DNA of 64,000 nucleotides from a virus: IMG/VR virus record IMGVR_UViG_3300032007_000082, positions 2,444 to 66,443 of that record; one strand, 5' to 3'. Shown piece by piece: positions 1 to 8,399 of this stretch (position 1 is its first letter; each line of letters starts with the position of its first letter). The notes under the pieces were generated by a model. It saw only the letters and a program-made list of their open reading frames with translations, ran no database searches and was not told where the DNA came from. The position numbers and the translations under genes were made by a program.

Positions 1-25
1 CCATTTCATTTCTCATATTCACAAA

Positions 26-391
26 TCATTTCAACTTATTAATTAAAATACTTAATGCTTTATAACATACACAAACAGCTTGTGACGTGTAACCAGCAGT
101 TGGACTGCTACTTTGCGCCCTTAAAATCAGCATAATTTCTTTAACCTCATTTATACCATCTTGGAGTTCTTTGTCTAAACCATCAAAATTTATCATAGTT
201 AAGGCGGTTAACGCGCCCTCAAATATTCGTAGCATATTCTGATTACCACCAAAACCTCTTGTATCTTGTTCATACCATTTCTTAAAATGATCCAATTCTA
301 ACATTAAACAATCTACATAATCTTTCCTATTGCGCAATTTATCCAATTTTAACATTGAATAATCTACATAACCTTGTTTCTCATCACTCAT
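26..391 (-). CDS. hypothetical protein
   Basis: 121-aa ORF co-oriented with the leftward gene run; no recognisable motif. Confidence 0.7.
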   Translation of the reverse strand: MSDEKQGYVDYSMLKLDKLRNRKDYVDCLMLELDHFKKWYEQDTRGFGGNQNMLRIFEGALTALTMINFDGLDKELQDGINEVKEIMLILRAQSSSPTAGYTSQAVCVCYKALSILINKLK

Positions 392-560
392 AAATCAAAC
401 AATTAAAACAAACCACCAAACAACTTTTTAATCCTGTTAGAATACCGCCGAAGCTTTCTATTGAAATATGTCCTCGTATATCTCCTTGCGCCATGTGGAT
501 GCGGACATATTTTGTATTCTTTAATCTCCCACCCTGCCATTTTCTTAAAAATACTCGTTT

Positions 561-938
561 TCATAATTTTTTAGCTGAAATAAACACATTAACCGATAGA
601 TTTGGTACATCCATCGTTTCAAATTCGTGTCCTGCTGGAACAAAATCATCACCCTTGACATACCCTGCAACCTGTGGTGCCCCCTCGGTAATATAGCCGT
701 CATCTTTTGCCATCCTGTTTTTCCAAGTAGTTTCATCCTTAAAATTAGGCAAGTTGAAAGTTGTCTTCCCATCCCCAGCGCCGAAGCTTGTGCCGATGAT
801 GGCAAATAACTCTGCATATTCTTTCCTGCCAAGCTCACGCCCATCGCAGATAAGCCAGCCGTCATGATCGGCAATTTGCGCCGACATTTTATAATCTCCA
901 ATTTCACTAACGCATTTTTTACTCATAAAATCACGCAT
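561..938 (-). CDS. stand-alone phage tail collar domain protein
   Basis: IGDYKMSA...GWLICDGREL...YAELFAIIGTSFGAGDGKTTFNLPN is the classic tail-collar signature. Confidence 0.85.
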   Translation of the reverse strand: MRDFMSKKCVSEIGDYKMSAQIADHDGWLICDGRELGRKEYAELFAIIGTSFGAGDGKTTFNLPNFKDETTWKNRMAKDDGYITEGAPQVAGYVKGDDFVPAGHEFETMDVPNLSVNVFISAKKL

Positions 939-961
939 AAAACAAACCTTTAACTACTTCT

Positions 962-1234
962 TTAATATCCTTTTATCATATCACGACAAAACAATGTTTG
1001 GTATTCTGCACAAGTAAAGCATCTTCGCTTCTGCATTCTTTCTCGAATAATACTAAGTCTTATTCTTATGTCTTCTTCATCAATACACGGAAGGGCAGTG
1101 TGTTTTACGTTGTGTATGCATTTACTATTTGCGCAATATAGGTTATCACTCGGGCTTTCACCGTCACACCCACCAACCGCCACCATCAAACCAACTAAAA
1201 ATAAAACTCTACACTTTGTCATAACTTCAATCAT
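962..1234 (-). CDS. putative small lipoprotein
   Basis: hydrophobic N-terminus ending VAVGGC (lipobox-like); Cys-rich mature part. Confidence 0.55.
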   Translation of the reverse strand: MIEVMTKCRVLFLVGLMVAVGGCDGESPSDNLYCANSKCIHNVKHTALPCIDEEDIRIRLSIIRERMQKRRCFTCAEYQTLFCRDMIKGY

Positions 1235-1569
1235 AAATCACTCAAATAATCATAAAAACTCCCTGCACCATCAAGCAGATATTCTTTGCCTTTAAATTCC
1301 ACATCGCGCGGATCTTTTCCATAATCGCAGTCGCTAGTAAAATAATCAACCTCTGCTTCTACTTCTTCTGCTGTCAACTTCGGAAAAGCAAACCTTACAA
1401 GCCAATAAATTCCCAGCTCGCAAGCTTGCGCGCAATATGATGTAAAAGTGCAATTTTGATTGTCGGTGTATTTACATAACACCTTATCAAGCTCATTGCT
1501 AAACTCCCTTTGCGTCCTTTCCAGCTTTTCAAACCGATTTACAGCATCAATAAACTCTTCTCTTGTCAT
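1231..1569 (-). CDS. hypothetical protein
   Basis: 112-aa ORF with ATGA overlap to the next gene. Confidence 0.7.
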   Translation of the reverse strand: MTREEFIDAVNRFEKLERTQREFSNELDKVLCKYTDNQNCTFTSYCAQACELGIYWLVRFAFPKLTAEEVEAEVDYFTSDCDYGKDPRDVEFKGKEYLLDGAGSFYDYLSDL

Positions 1570-1581
1570 ATAATAAAAACT

Positions 1582-1938
1582 TCAAACCAATTTATAATCC
1601 TTCCAATACAGCCCTGCTTGTGCCGTGTTGTATTCATATTTTTCGTTATAACATTCATCAGCAAATTTCTCTTTGAGTGGGCTGCCAAATTCAGGGCAAT
1701 TAGTTTCCTCAATTTCATAATCAAAACCTACAAAAAGTGACTCATCAATAGAAAATTTTCTAATTTGTCTATTTCCACCTTCTATTCTAACTAAACGAAT
1801 TTCTTTAATTGTTTCTTCTTGTTTTTTATTTAAACCACCAGTTCTAATAGTAGAAAAAATAATCAAAGATAAACATCCTATCAACTTATTTTTTACACCT
1901 TCATCAAGGTCGTTAATACTTTTATAAATCATAAACAC
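1582..1938 (-). CDS. hypothetical protein
   Basis: 118-aa ORF in a tightly packed operon. Confidence 0.65.
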   Translation of the reverse strand: MFMIYKSINDLDEGVKNKLIGCLSLIIFSTIRTGGLNKKQEETIKEIRLVRIEGGNRQIRKFSIDESLFVGFDYEIEETNCPEFGSPLKEKFADECYNEKYEYNTAQAGLYWKDYKLV

Positions 1939-2201
1939 AAACCATAAAAAAAACCTAATGCTCCAAATATTAATGTTAAAATATACGCTAAATTACCTGC
2001 GCATCTTCTGAAAGTAGGCGTTGTCATGAGAACAAGAGTAAAAAAGTTACATATTAAACTAATGACTATACATAAACCGTTCGCGTGCAAGAGAAACGCA
2101 ACGCCCAATACAGAACAACTGATCACGAATAATCCGCAAGCTAGTAAGTTCAATACCACTGCACATATTTGTCTCTTTCTTATATACTCCAAAAAAATCA
2201 T
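1929..2201 (-). CDS. small multi-pass membrane protein
   Basis: about three hydrophobic segments in 90 aa. Confidence 0.6.
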   Translation of the reverse strand: MIFLEYIRKRQICAVVLNLLACGLFVISCSVLGVAFLLHANGLCIVISLICNFFTLVLMTTPTFRRCAGNLAYILTLIFGALGFFYGLCL

Positions 2202-2211
2202 AAACTAACCA

Positions 2212-2496
2212 TTAACGACTTTCAAAAAAAGCACGCAAACTTTCATAATCGGGAGCTCTGTTGTTAGCGAAGCAGTAGAAGCTAAACATGAACGATATAC
2301 ATTCACCTGCCATAAAGACAATAAAATAACAAAATCCAATGAAACCAAATATGAATTCCGTCATCGACACCAACGTCGATTGCTCTGGCAACAAAGCAAT
2401 ATACCAATTATGGACGTAATATCCAGCTGTCAACGTGTATAATGCTATAGCATTATACAGCGGAACAATAAGAAATGTTAATATTTTTTTCTTCAT
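2212..2496 (-). CDS. small membrane protein
   Basis: likely start MKKKIL (ATG 2496) immediately after the upstream TGA; two hydrophobic segments. Confidence 0.6.
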   Translation of the reverse strand: MKKKILTFLIVPLYNAIALYTLTAGYYVHNWYIALLPEQSTLVSMTEFIFGFIGFCYFIVFMAGECISFMFSFYCFANNRAPDYESLRAFFESR

Positions 2497-2497
2497 A

Positions 2498-2797
2498 TCA
2501 AAATCTTTTATAATATTTACAAACAATAACACGATGTCCTGTTCTGTCAGGTGCCGACAAAATACCTTCCTTCTCCATTCGCACAATTAAACTTGCTGCT
2601 TCAATATAACGAATTCCCATTTTATTTTGTAAATAACTAATTGAAGTTTTTTTATCCTCCAAGACAATTTTCACAGCTTTGCGGTAAAGCCCATCGTCAT
2701 CGCCATTTGCTCCGCTATTTTCACCGTGTTTTATTTCAGTAAAACCGACCGAGTCGCCAATCTCGCAGCCATTTATTATAAGCTTCGCCTTCTTCAT
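2498..2797 (-). CDS. stand-alone FtsK gamma (winged-helix DNA-binding) domain protein
   Basis: DDGLYRKAVKIVLEDKKTSISYLQNKMGIRYIEAASLIVRMEKEGILSAPDRTGHRVI matches the FtsK-gamma pattern; no motor domain. Confidence 0.85.
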   Translation of the reverse strand: MKKAKLIINGCEIGDSVGFTEIKHGENSGANGDDDGLYRKAVKIVLEDKKTSISYLQNKMGIRYIEAASLIVRMEKEGILSAPDRTGHRVIVCKYYKRF

Positions 2798-2798
2798 A

Positions 2799-3389
2799 TC
2801 AAAATCCATTTAACAACTCCAACAACCTCTGCTGTTTTTCCGACAAAACACCCTCATAACAGTCAAGGTTGTTCTTTGTTTTAACCATCATTTCCGCCAG
2901 CATCTCGCTGGTGTCAATTATATCCTTTGGCAAGGTTTCTAATATTGTAATTTGCAACACATCTATCAAGTTGCTAATTTCTGCGGATGTTGCTTCACTA
3001 ATGCTTTTTGTCTCCATCCGCATTGCATCGCAAATTTTGTCTTTAATGTCCGCTGGCAGTTTATTCAAATGGCTGTTAATTTCACGCGCCTCGTCAGGCG
3101 CAAACAAATAACCTTTGCGACTGTTTAAGAATTCTGCACGTTTTTTGATTTCATATTTCCACCTTCCAAAATTCCAATCACAACCTTTGGCGCCAGTTTG
3201 TTGCAACAATTTTACAAACTCCGCGAGCGCAGTGTGAAATAGCGCACATTGCTCTTTGGTTTTCAACTTGTCAGGTTGGATTATCCAAACCTCCAAGCCC
3301 TTGTCGGTGTCCAAGTAATTAATGGATTTGGCACATTGCTGGCGAGCATCAACGTTGTTGATTGTGTATTTTTTTTTAATCATTTCCAC
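2799..3389 (-). CDS. NinB/YbcN-like recombination accessory protein
   Basis: N-terminal pattern LEVWI..KLKTKEQCALFH resembles NinB (RSxxQNAxxH); first gene after a promoter. Confidence 0.5.
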   Translation of the reverse strand: MEMIKKKYTINNVDARQQCAKSINYLDTDKGLEVWIIQPDKLKTKEQCALFHTALAEFVKLLQQTGAKGCDWNFGRWKYEIKKRAEFLNSRKGYLFAPDEAREINSHLNKLPADIKDKICDAMRMETKSISEATSAEISNLIDVLQITILETLPKDIIDTSEMLAEMMVKTKNNLDCYEGVLSEKQQRLLELLNGF

Positions 3390-3395
3390 GACTTA

Positions 3396-3452
3396 TTTAT
3401 AATAGTATTTTTTTTAATTGTCAAGTTTTTTTTTTTTATTTTTAGTTTTTTT
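3396..3452 (-). promoter_or_regulatory. sigma70-type leftward promoter with A-tract UP element
   Basis: TTGACA (3424-3419), 17 nt, TATAAA (3401-3396); upstream A-tracts nearly identical to 13405-13447. Confidence 0.7.
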
Positions 3453-3607
3453 TAGAACGAAAATTCAACAACTTTTTTGCCTGCATCATACGCTTGTATT
3501 CGTTCGGACGGAACGTTCCAATTTTTGACGGAATCTATCAAAATCTTCCATGTTGTCATCAAACAATTTCACGATCATATCGTTATTAAACATTTTCATA
3601 CTCATAT

Positions 3608-3811
3608 CTAAAACCCTTTATAATAATCCCGAACATTTACATAACCAAGATAACATTTGCGCCCTGTTCTTTTGCTGCCATAACAGCGAGGTTTTTCAAT
3701 CCATTTCATTGGTATTATGGAACAACAAAAACCATTACTAAACAAAACAAACCACTTGCACTGCATTAAAAAGTGCATCTTTTCCTCTTTACATTTTTCT
3801 CTTTTTTTCAT
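3608..3811 (-). CDS. small basic hypothetical protein
   Basis: 67-aa ORF starting 2 nt after the upstream stop. Confidence 0.5.
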   Translation of the reverse strand: MKKREKCKEEKMHFLMQCKWFVLFSNGFCCSIIPMKWIEKPRCYGSKRTGRKCYLGYVNVRDYYKGF

Positions 3812-3813
3812 AC

Positions 3814-4482
3814 CTAAAACCCTTTAAAATAATGTTCTATCTCGTTAAATGCAAACGGATAATGCACCTGCGCATACGGCATTGAACCGCTCTCAAACCA
3901 ACAATCAAGAACACCTTCAACTCTTTTTAGGCATGAGCCATCAGAGTAGTATTTTACCAATTCATCAATGTAAGGCCTGTGTAAATCGTTTATTTGAAAG
4001 CCGATTGGTGGTTGTTTATCGGCGGGTTCAAAAAGTGCTTTCTCACCATTATTTTTATAGATATTTACAACCTGTTCTCTTGTATAACCTTTTGGTAAAA
4101 CAATATATTTGCCGCTATTTCTGCCATCTAAATAATCAAGGATGTAATCCTTGTAAAAAAACAATTCCAAATCAAAAACGCTTCCGAATACCGCCAGTAA
4201 TTCGTTCCTGTCAACGTGATAATAAAGACCGCTATGTTTCCCTATTTTGTCAAGCAGCACTTGGTTTATTCCTTGTTTCTGCCATTCATTTAATACTTCT
4301 CGTGGCGGTTTTACATATTCTTTCTTCCAAATTGGAATTGGCGCGCCCCAAAACCTATTTCTTGAAATAGACCAATTTGGCGCAGTTTTAATATTATTCA
4401 AGAATTGTTCCTTTGCACCTGTATTACCACAAAAATTTATACCCTGAGCAAGTTCAAGCATTCTTTCTTTCAATGTTTTCAT
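3814..4482 (-). CDS. ileS: isolated internal fragment of type-2 isoleucyl-tRNA synthetase (CP region; no HIGH, KMSKS or anticodon domain)
   Basis: [26 protein letters not shown] and [24 protein letters not shown] are IleRS2 signatures; ATG 4482 overlaps the upstream TGA and follows AAGAAGGTGG. Confidence 0.9.
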   Translation of the reverse strand: MKTLKERMLELAQGINFCGNTGAKEQFLNNIKTAPNWSISRNRFWGAPIPIWKKEYVKPPREVLNEWQKQGINQVLLDKIGKHSGLYYHVDRNELLAVFGSVFDLELFFYKDYILDYLDGRNSGKYIVLPKGYTREQVVNIYKNNGEKALFEPADKQPPIGFQINDLHRPYIDELVKYYSDGSCLKRVEGVLDCWFESGSMPYAQVHYPFAFNEIEHYFKGF

Positions 4483-4946
4483 ACCACCTTCTTTAAAACC
4501 TTTTCTTTTTCTTTTCTTTTTTTTAGTAAATCCCTGAACGCAAACCAAACCTGCAATTCTTGCATGAAATAGTCCGCTTTTTCTTCTTCAAGTTTTACTT
4601 CCTCTTTTGTTGTATATCCTTCAAATATATTCAATCTGTGCGTGAAATAATGTCCTAATTCGTGTGCAATAGTTTCCTCTTGTTCTTGCAACTTTAATCC
4701 TGCTCGCATTACAATCACGTCGTTCTTATCGTTTTCATATCCGCCATCTTCTTTTGCATAGAAAATTCCCGCAATGTGCTCGTCTTCCATCTTGGAATAC
4801 TCTGCTTGTCTACGCTCAATTTTCAAAGTTATCTTGTTCCTGCAGAGAATTTCCTTGCAAACTGCCATGACATCAGGCAGACGCATTGTCCGCAAGATTA
4901 TATTCTGCGCTTTGTCATCAAGTATTTTACGATGCTCTTCCTTCAT
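4479..4946 (-). CDS. ImmA/IrrE family Zn metallopeptidase
   Basis: TIAHELGH (HExxH) plus downstream EEKADYF motif. Confidence 0.8.
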   Translation of the reverse strand: MKEEHRKILDDKAQNIILRTMRLPDVMAVCKEILCRNKITLKIERRQAEYSKMEDEHIAGIFYAKEDGGYENDKNDVIVMRAGLKLQEQEETIAHELGHYFTHRLNIFEGYTTKEEVKLEEEKADYFMQELQVWFAFRDLLKKRKEKEKVLKKVV

Positions 4947-4949
4947 ATT

Positions 4950-5540
4950 TTAGTCAATAAGCTCAATATCGCCATTTTTTGATATTTTAACTTTGCTAAT
5001 ATAACGTGAATATTTAGTGCCATATAACATTTTATTAACTTTAAAAATTGGGCCCTTATTATAATGATAATCCTCCAAGACGTAATAATCCTTATCTCTC
5101 ACACAGAAACACTCTTCTTGTGTCATTTCCAAATTGTTATTTAAAATAAAATCTGCCAACTCCTTGTCGTAAGCAATATTTAATAAACAAGCATGTCCAT
5201 TCCAATATTTCCCATCTTCGCCTATCAGACACTCTCCATTAGTATATTTGCCTTTGAACGTATAACCATATTTATCTCTTAAATTACGCACGCTAACGCT
5301 ATACAGCGAACCATTACCGATGGCAAAACATATAGTTGTGCCATCACGATCTTTGAATATGAGGAAACTATCATCAACCATAATATTTCCGCAATTTATT
5401 TTCCACAATTCCTCAATAGACATCTTTCTAACATCAGGGAACCTCTTTTTAATCTTATCCACATAATCAGACAAAATCTGTATTTTATCATTAACTTCCA
5501 CCAATTTACTATCTATAAAATTTATAAAACTTTCATTCAT
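4950..5540 (-). CDS. hypothetical protein
   Basis: long ORF, probable start MNESF. Confidence 0.7.
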   Translation of the reverse strand: MNESFINFIDSKLVEVNDKIQILSDYVDKIKKRFPDVRKMSIEELWKINCGNIMVDDSFLIFKDRDGTTICFAIGNGSLYSVSVRNLRDKYGYTFKGKYTNGECLIGEDGKYWNGHACLLNIAYDKELADFILNNNLEMTQEECFCVRDKDYYVLEDYHYNKGPIFKVNKMLYGTKYSRYISKVKISKNGDIELID

Positions 5541-5569
5541 ATAACAAATAAAAAAAACATTTCTCAAAC

Positions 5570-5635
5570 CGCAGGTTAAAAAGGCGCTTTGTGAGACGCC
5601 ACGAAACCCTTGCGCACAGGTGAGTTAGCCCTGCG
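5570..5635. ncRNA. putative structured intergenic RNA element
   Basis: GC-rich island; outer stem CGCAGG/CCTGCG and inner stem GGCG/CGCC. Confidence 0.35.
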
Positions 5636-5648
5636 TTTTAACCAATCA

Positions 5649-6431
5649 TCATAATGTCAAACTTGCATGATGGTTGGTATTCTTCATTATTTCATCGGGG
5701 AACGAAGCCACGAGTTCGTTGAATGCCTCGCGCCAGTTGTTGTTTTTTACTTCAATTTTCTTTTTCATAGCGTAATCTCCTGTTGGACCACTTTTGTCAG
5801 ACAATATGAGCTCAAATGCACGTCTTGTGTCGCCATCACTTATGCGCCCATCCTTATCAACAATACAAACCTGGTCCCCTCTTTTATTTTCAAGCACCGT
5901 AAATGGAAAATACAATTTTTCTATCGTAATGTTCGCGTTAAGGATGCCTGCTAATTTAAACCCATATTCCTCCAACCTCTCAATATAATACTTTATGTGC
6001 TTTGGAGCTATCTGCATAACTAAATCGCGCAGTGAAAAACCGCTTGGTTTTGAAGTGTGGTTGCTGTCCTGTTGCTCGTATTCGGCTTCAAATTCTTCTT
6101 TTTTTAAGCTACCACATTCACCCTCGCAATCAAAATAGAGATAATAACCTAATGGCAGGATGCCGAAACGTGAATAGTTATTCAAGCAATCATCGCCATA
6201 TTTAAACACATCTTTCTCGTTTTTTTTTTCATAACACAGAACGGAGCCTTTATTGTAATAAAAACTGCTAAATCTGTCTGTGCACCTCATTTTCTCCTTA
6301 AATGGCTTGCAAACAATCTCATCAGGTTTTTTTGATAATATAAATTCCTTTATTTCTTCAAAATTATCACCATTCCACAAAACCGCCTCAACAGGAAGTT
6401 GTTTTTTAATATATTTTTTAATCATAATCAA
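5649..6431 (-). CDS. phage hypothetical protein
   Basis: N-terminal KKYIKKQLPVEAVLWNGDN...KKEEFEAEYE motif common in phage accessory proteins. Confidence 0.7.
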   Translation of the reverse strand: MIMIKKYIKKQLPVEAVLWNGDNFEEIKEFILSKKPDEIVCKPFKEKMRCTDRFSSFYYNKGSVLCYEKKNEKDVFKYGDDCLNNYSRFGILPLGYYLYFDCEGECGSLKKEEFEAEYEQQDSNHTSKPSGFSLRDLVMQIAPKHIKYYIERLEEYGFKLAGILNANITIEKLYFPFTVLENKRGDQVCIVDKDGRISDGDTRRAFELILSDKSGPTGDYAMKKKIEVKNNNWREAFNELVASFPDEIMKNTNHHASLTL

Positions 6432-6443
6432 AACAAATTAAAA

Positions 6444-6716
6444 CTAAAATTTCATCCCCAATAATTCCATTAAATCCTCTAAATAACGCCATTCTGTTGT
6501 ACATTCCAACACGCAGTGATAATCTATGGTTCTGAGCGTTTTTGTATACGCCCGCAGCCCGATGTGGCCTGCGCTGCTAACATCAATTTCAACTTTTATT
6601 TTCTCGTTCTCCTTCCAATAAATACACCAAATTGTATTATTCTCCTGTTCTTTGTTGATTTTGTAAAACCCCTTGCCAAGTAAAAACTTATCAATTTTCA
6701 AAAACTCATCAGTCAT
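6444..6716 (-). CDS. hypothetical protein
   Basis: 90-aa ORF in a packed operon. Confidence 0.65.
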   Translation of the reverse strand: MTDEFLKIDKFLLGKGFYKINKEQENNTIWCIYWKENEKIKVEIDVSSAGHIGLRAYTKTLRTIDYHCVLECTTEWRYLEDLMELLGMKF

Positions 6717-6719
6717 AAA

Positions 6720-6935
6720 CTAAACACCTAACATTTTTTTTAAATCTTTTATCTTGTTGTTGATTTCCACTGGGTCATCCCAATCTACAACGAGCTTTTT
6801 CCCATCAACAAGCACCCAACCATTATAACCAGCAAGGTGATCCTTCACTCTTTTCGGATATGCATCAAGCCAAGAACGAAACGCCTCTCTGGCTCCAAAT
6901 AGTTCACGTAAAAAACGATCTCTTCTTACTGCCAT
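6720..6935 (-). CDS. hypothetical protein
   Basis: 71-aa ORF in a packed operon. Confidence 0.6.
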   Translation of the reverse strand: MAVRRDRFLRELFGAREAFRSWLDAYPKRVKDHLAGYNGWVLVDGKKLVVDWDDPVEINNKIKDLKKMLGV

Positions 6936-6940
6936 ATCGC

Positions 6941-7213
6941 CTAAACACTAAAACCATCATTAAATTTGTCATAATCTGAATAGAACACTACAACCTCGCC
7001 GATAACGCTACCATAAAAATGTAATACTGCTTTGCCCTCATGCAAGGTCAGTTCATCAAGATTTACAGGTGCTTTAATTTTTTTCAAAACCTTCTCACAA
7101 AAATCCTTTAAAACTGGCTCGTTCGCAACTTGGCCTCTCGTAAAATAATGCCCATGCCGAAGGGTGCTTGTTGACACCCCTCTTATTTTTTGTAAAAACA
7201 CATCTTTAATCAT
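6941..7213 (-). CDS. hypothetical protein
   Basis: 90-aa ORF in a packed operon. Confidence 0.6.
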   Translation of the reverse strand: MIKDVFLQKIRGVSTSTLRHGHYFTRGQVANEPVLKDFCEKVLKKIKAPVNLDELTLHEGKAVLHFYGSVIGEVVVFYSDYDKFNDGFSV

Positions 7214-7223
7214 GAATCAATCA

Positions 7224-8396
7224 TTAAAACATCCCTTCTTTTTCATTTGTCTCGGTGCCTTTCTCGGCTTCCGCAATTTTAGAATTGACATAAGCAATTA
7301 TCGCCTGTTTGTCTTGTTCTGTCGGCACATCAGGCCCGACGTGCATATTTTCATAAGTTAACGCCCCGCTTCTCAATCTGTCTAAATCTCCCTGCGCACT
7401 GTCAACAAAGTTCTTGTGTTTTCTCAACCACTGGCTCTCTGTCGTTTTTTCAACTTCAACCTGCTCGGCTTCTTTTATTTTTTGTTCTTTTTGTTCTTTT
7501 TCTTTTTTGAAATCTTCAAGCGCCTTGCGTTTGGTGATTTCCGCGATGCTTTCTTTTGGTTTTGGTTGTTCTTTTTCAAAAGATTGTCCAATTTCATATT
7601 CCTCCATATCGTTATCGCGCAATATAAGATAGTTGTATAATCTATGATAACATGCTGATTCAACAATTCTGAAAAGACCGCTAAACATAACTTTGGCGCT
7701 TTTTGATTTTCCTTTTTTAACCGCATTATCGTTTTGCTGCTTTGTCCTGTTCACACTGCATTCCAAAGCGTCAAGCGGTATTTCATACTTGCCAACGTGG
7801 AGCAGCCCGTGAGCGTCATAAAACTGATAGTTGATGAAAGCATATGCTATCTGTTTTAAGGTTTTCCCATATTCATCACTTTTACCAAGCGTGCTTTCTG
7901 ATGACAATGTGCAGCGGTGTCCTTCATATTTCAAAGTTTCCTCGCCGTTCTCGTTAAAAACAGAACACACCTTGTCCTCTTGTCCTGCTGGCACCAATAC
8001 AGGTTGCCCGAACATATACCCAGCATCATGCAGTATATCAATTTCTTGTTGGTATTGCAAGCCGAGTTGAACTGACGGATTATCACCTTGTAATCCATAT
8101 AATGCAACGTATAAATACCTGCTGTCTATTTTTGTGCCAGCTGTAAGCAACCGAACGAGTTGTTCTGTGAACGAATAACATAATTTAGAATTTTTAGATA
8201 TTGTCGCCATTGAATCGCAATTTTTCTTGAAAAAAGCCGACAAAGCAATCTTGACGCCGAATGCATTGTTGGTGCCATACTTTTCATTAATTATTCCGTC
8301 AACAACATCTTGTGCAATATACGTGTCTGCCTTTTGCCTGAAAAAATTCAATATTTCAGCGCCATTGCTATTACTTGTTATCACTAACTGCGTCAT
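7224..8396 (-). CDS. putative RecT-like single-strand annealing protein
   Basis: directly downstream of the YqaJ exonuclease; weak RecT-like YLYVALYG...VQLGLQYQ motif; charged C-terminal tail. Confidence 0.5.
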   Translation of the reverse strand: MTQLVITSNSNGAEILNFFRQKADTYIAQDVVDGIINEKYGTNNAFGVKIALSAFFKKNCDSMATISKNSKLCYSFTEQLVRLLTAGTKIDSRYLYVALYGLQGDNPSVQLGLQYQQEIDILHDAGYMFGQPVLVPAGQEDKVCSVFNENGEETLKYEGHRCTLSSESTLGKSDEYGKTLKQIAYAFINYQFYDAHGLLHVGKYEIPLDALECSVNRTKQQNDNAVKKGKSKSAKVMFSGLFRIVESACYHRLYNYLILRDNDMEEYEIGQSFEKEQPKPKESIAEITKRKALEDFKKEKEQKEQKIKEAEQVEVEKTTESQWLRKHKNFVDSAQGDLDRLRSGALTYENMHVGPDVPTEQDKQAIIAYVNSKIAEAEKGTETNEKEGMF

Positions 8397-8399
8397 ATA

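Noticed and set aside
437-455. Possible target of the TnpB 2 guide (TTAGAATACCGCCGAAGC)
   Set aside because: Needs gaps in the seed region and lacks an adjacent TTTAT
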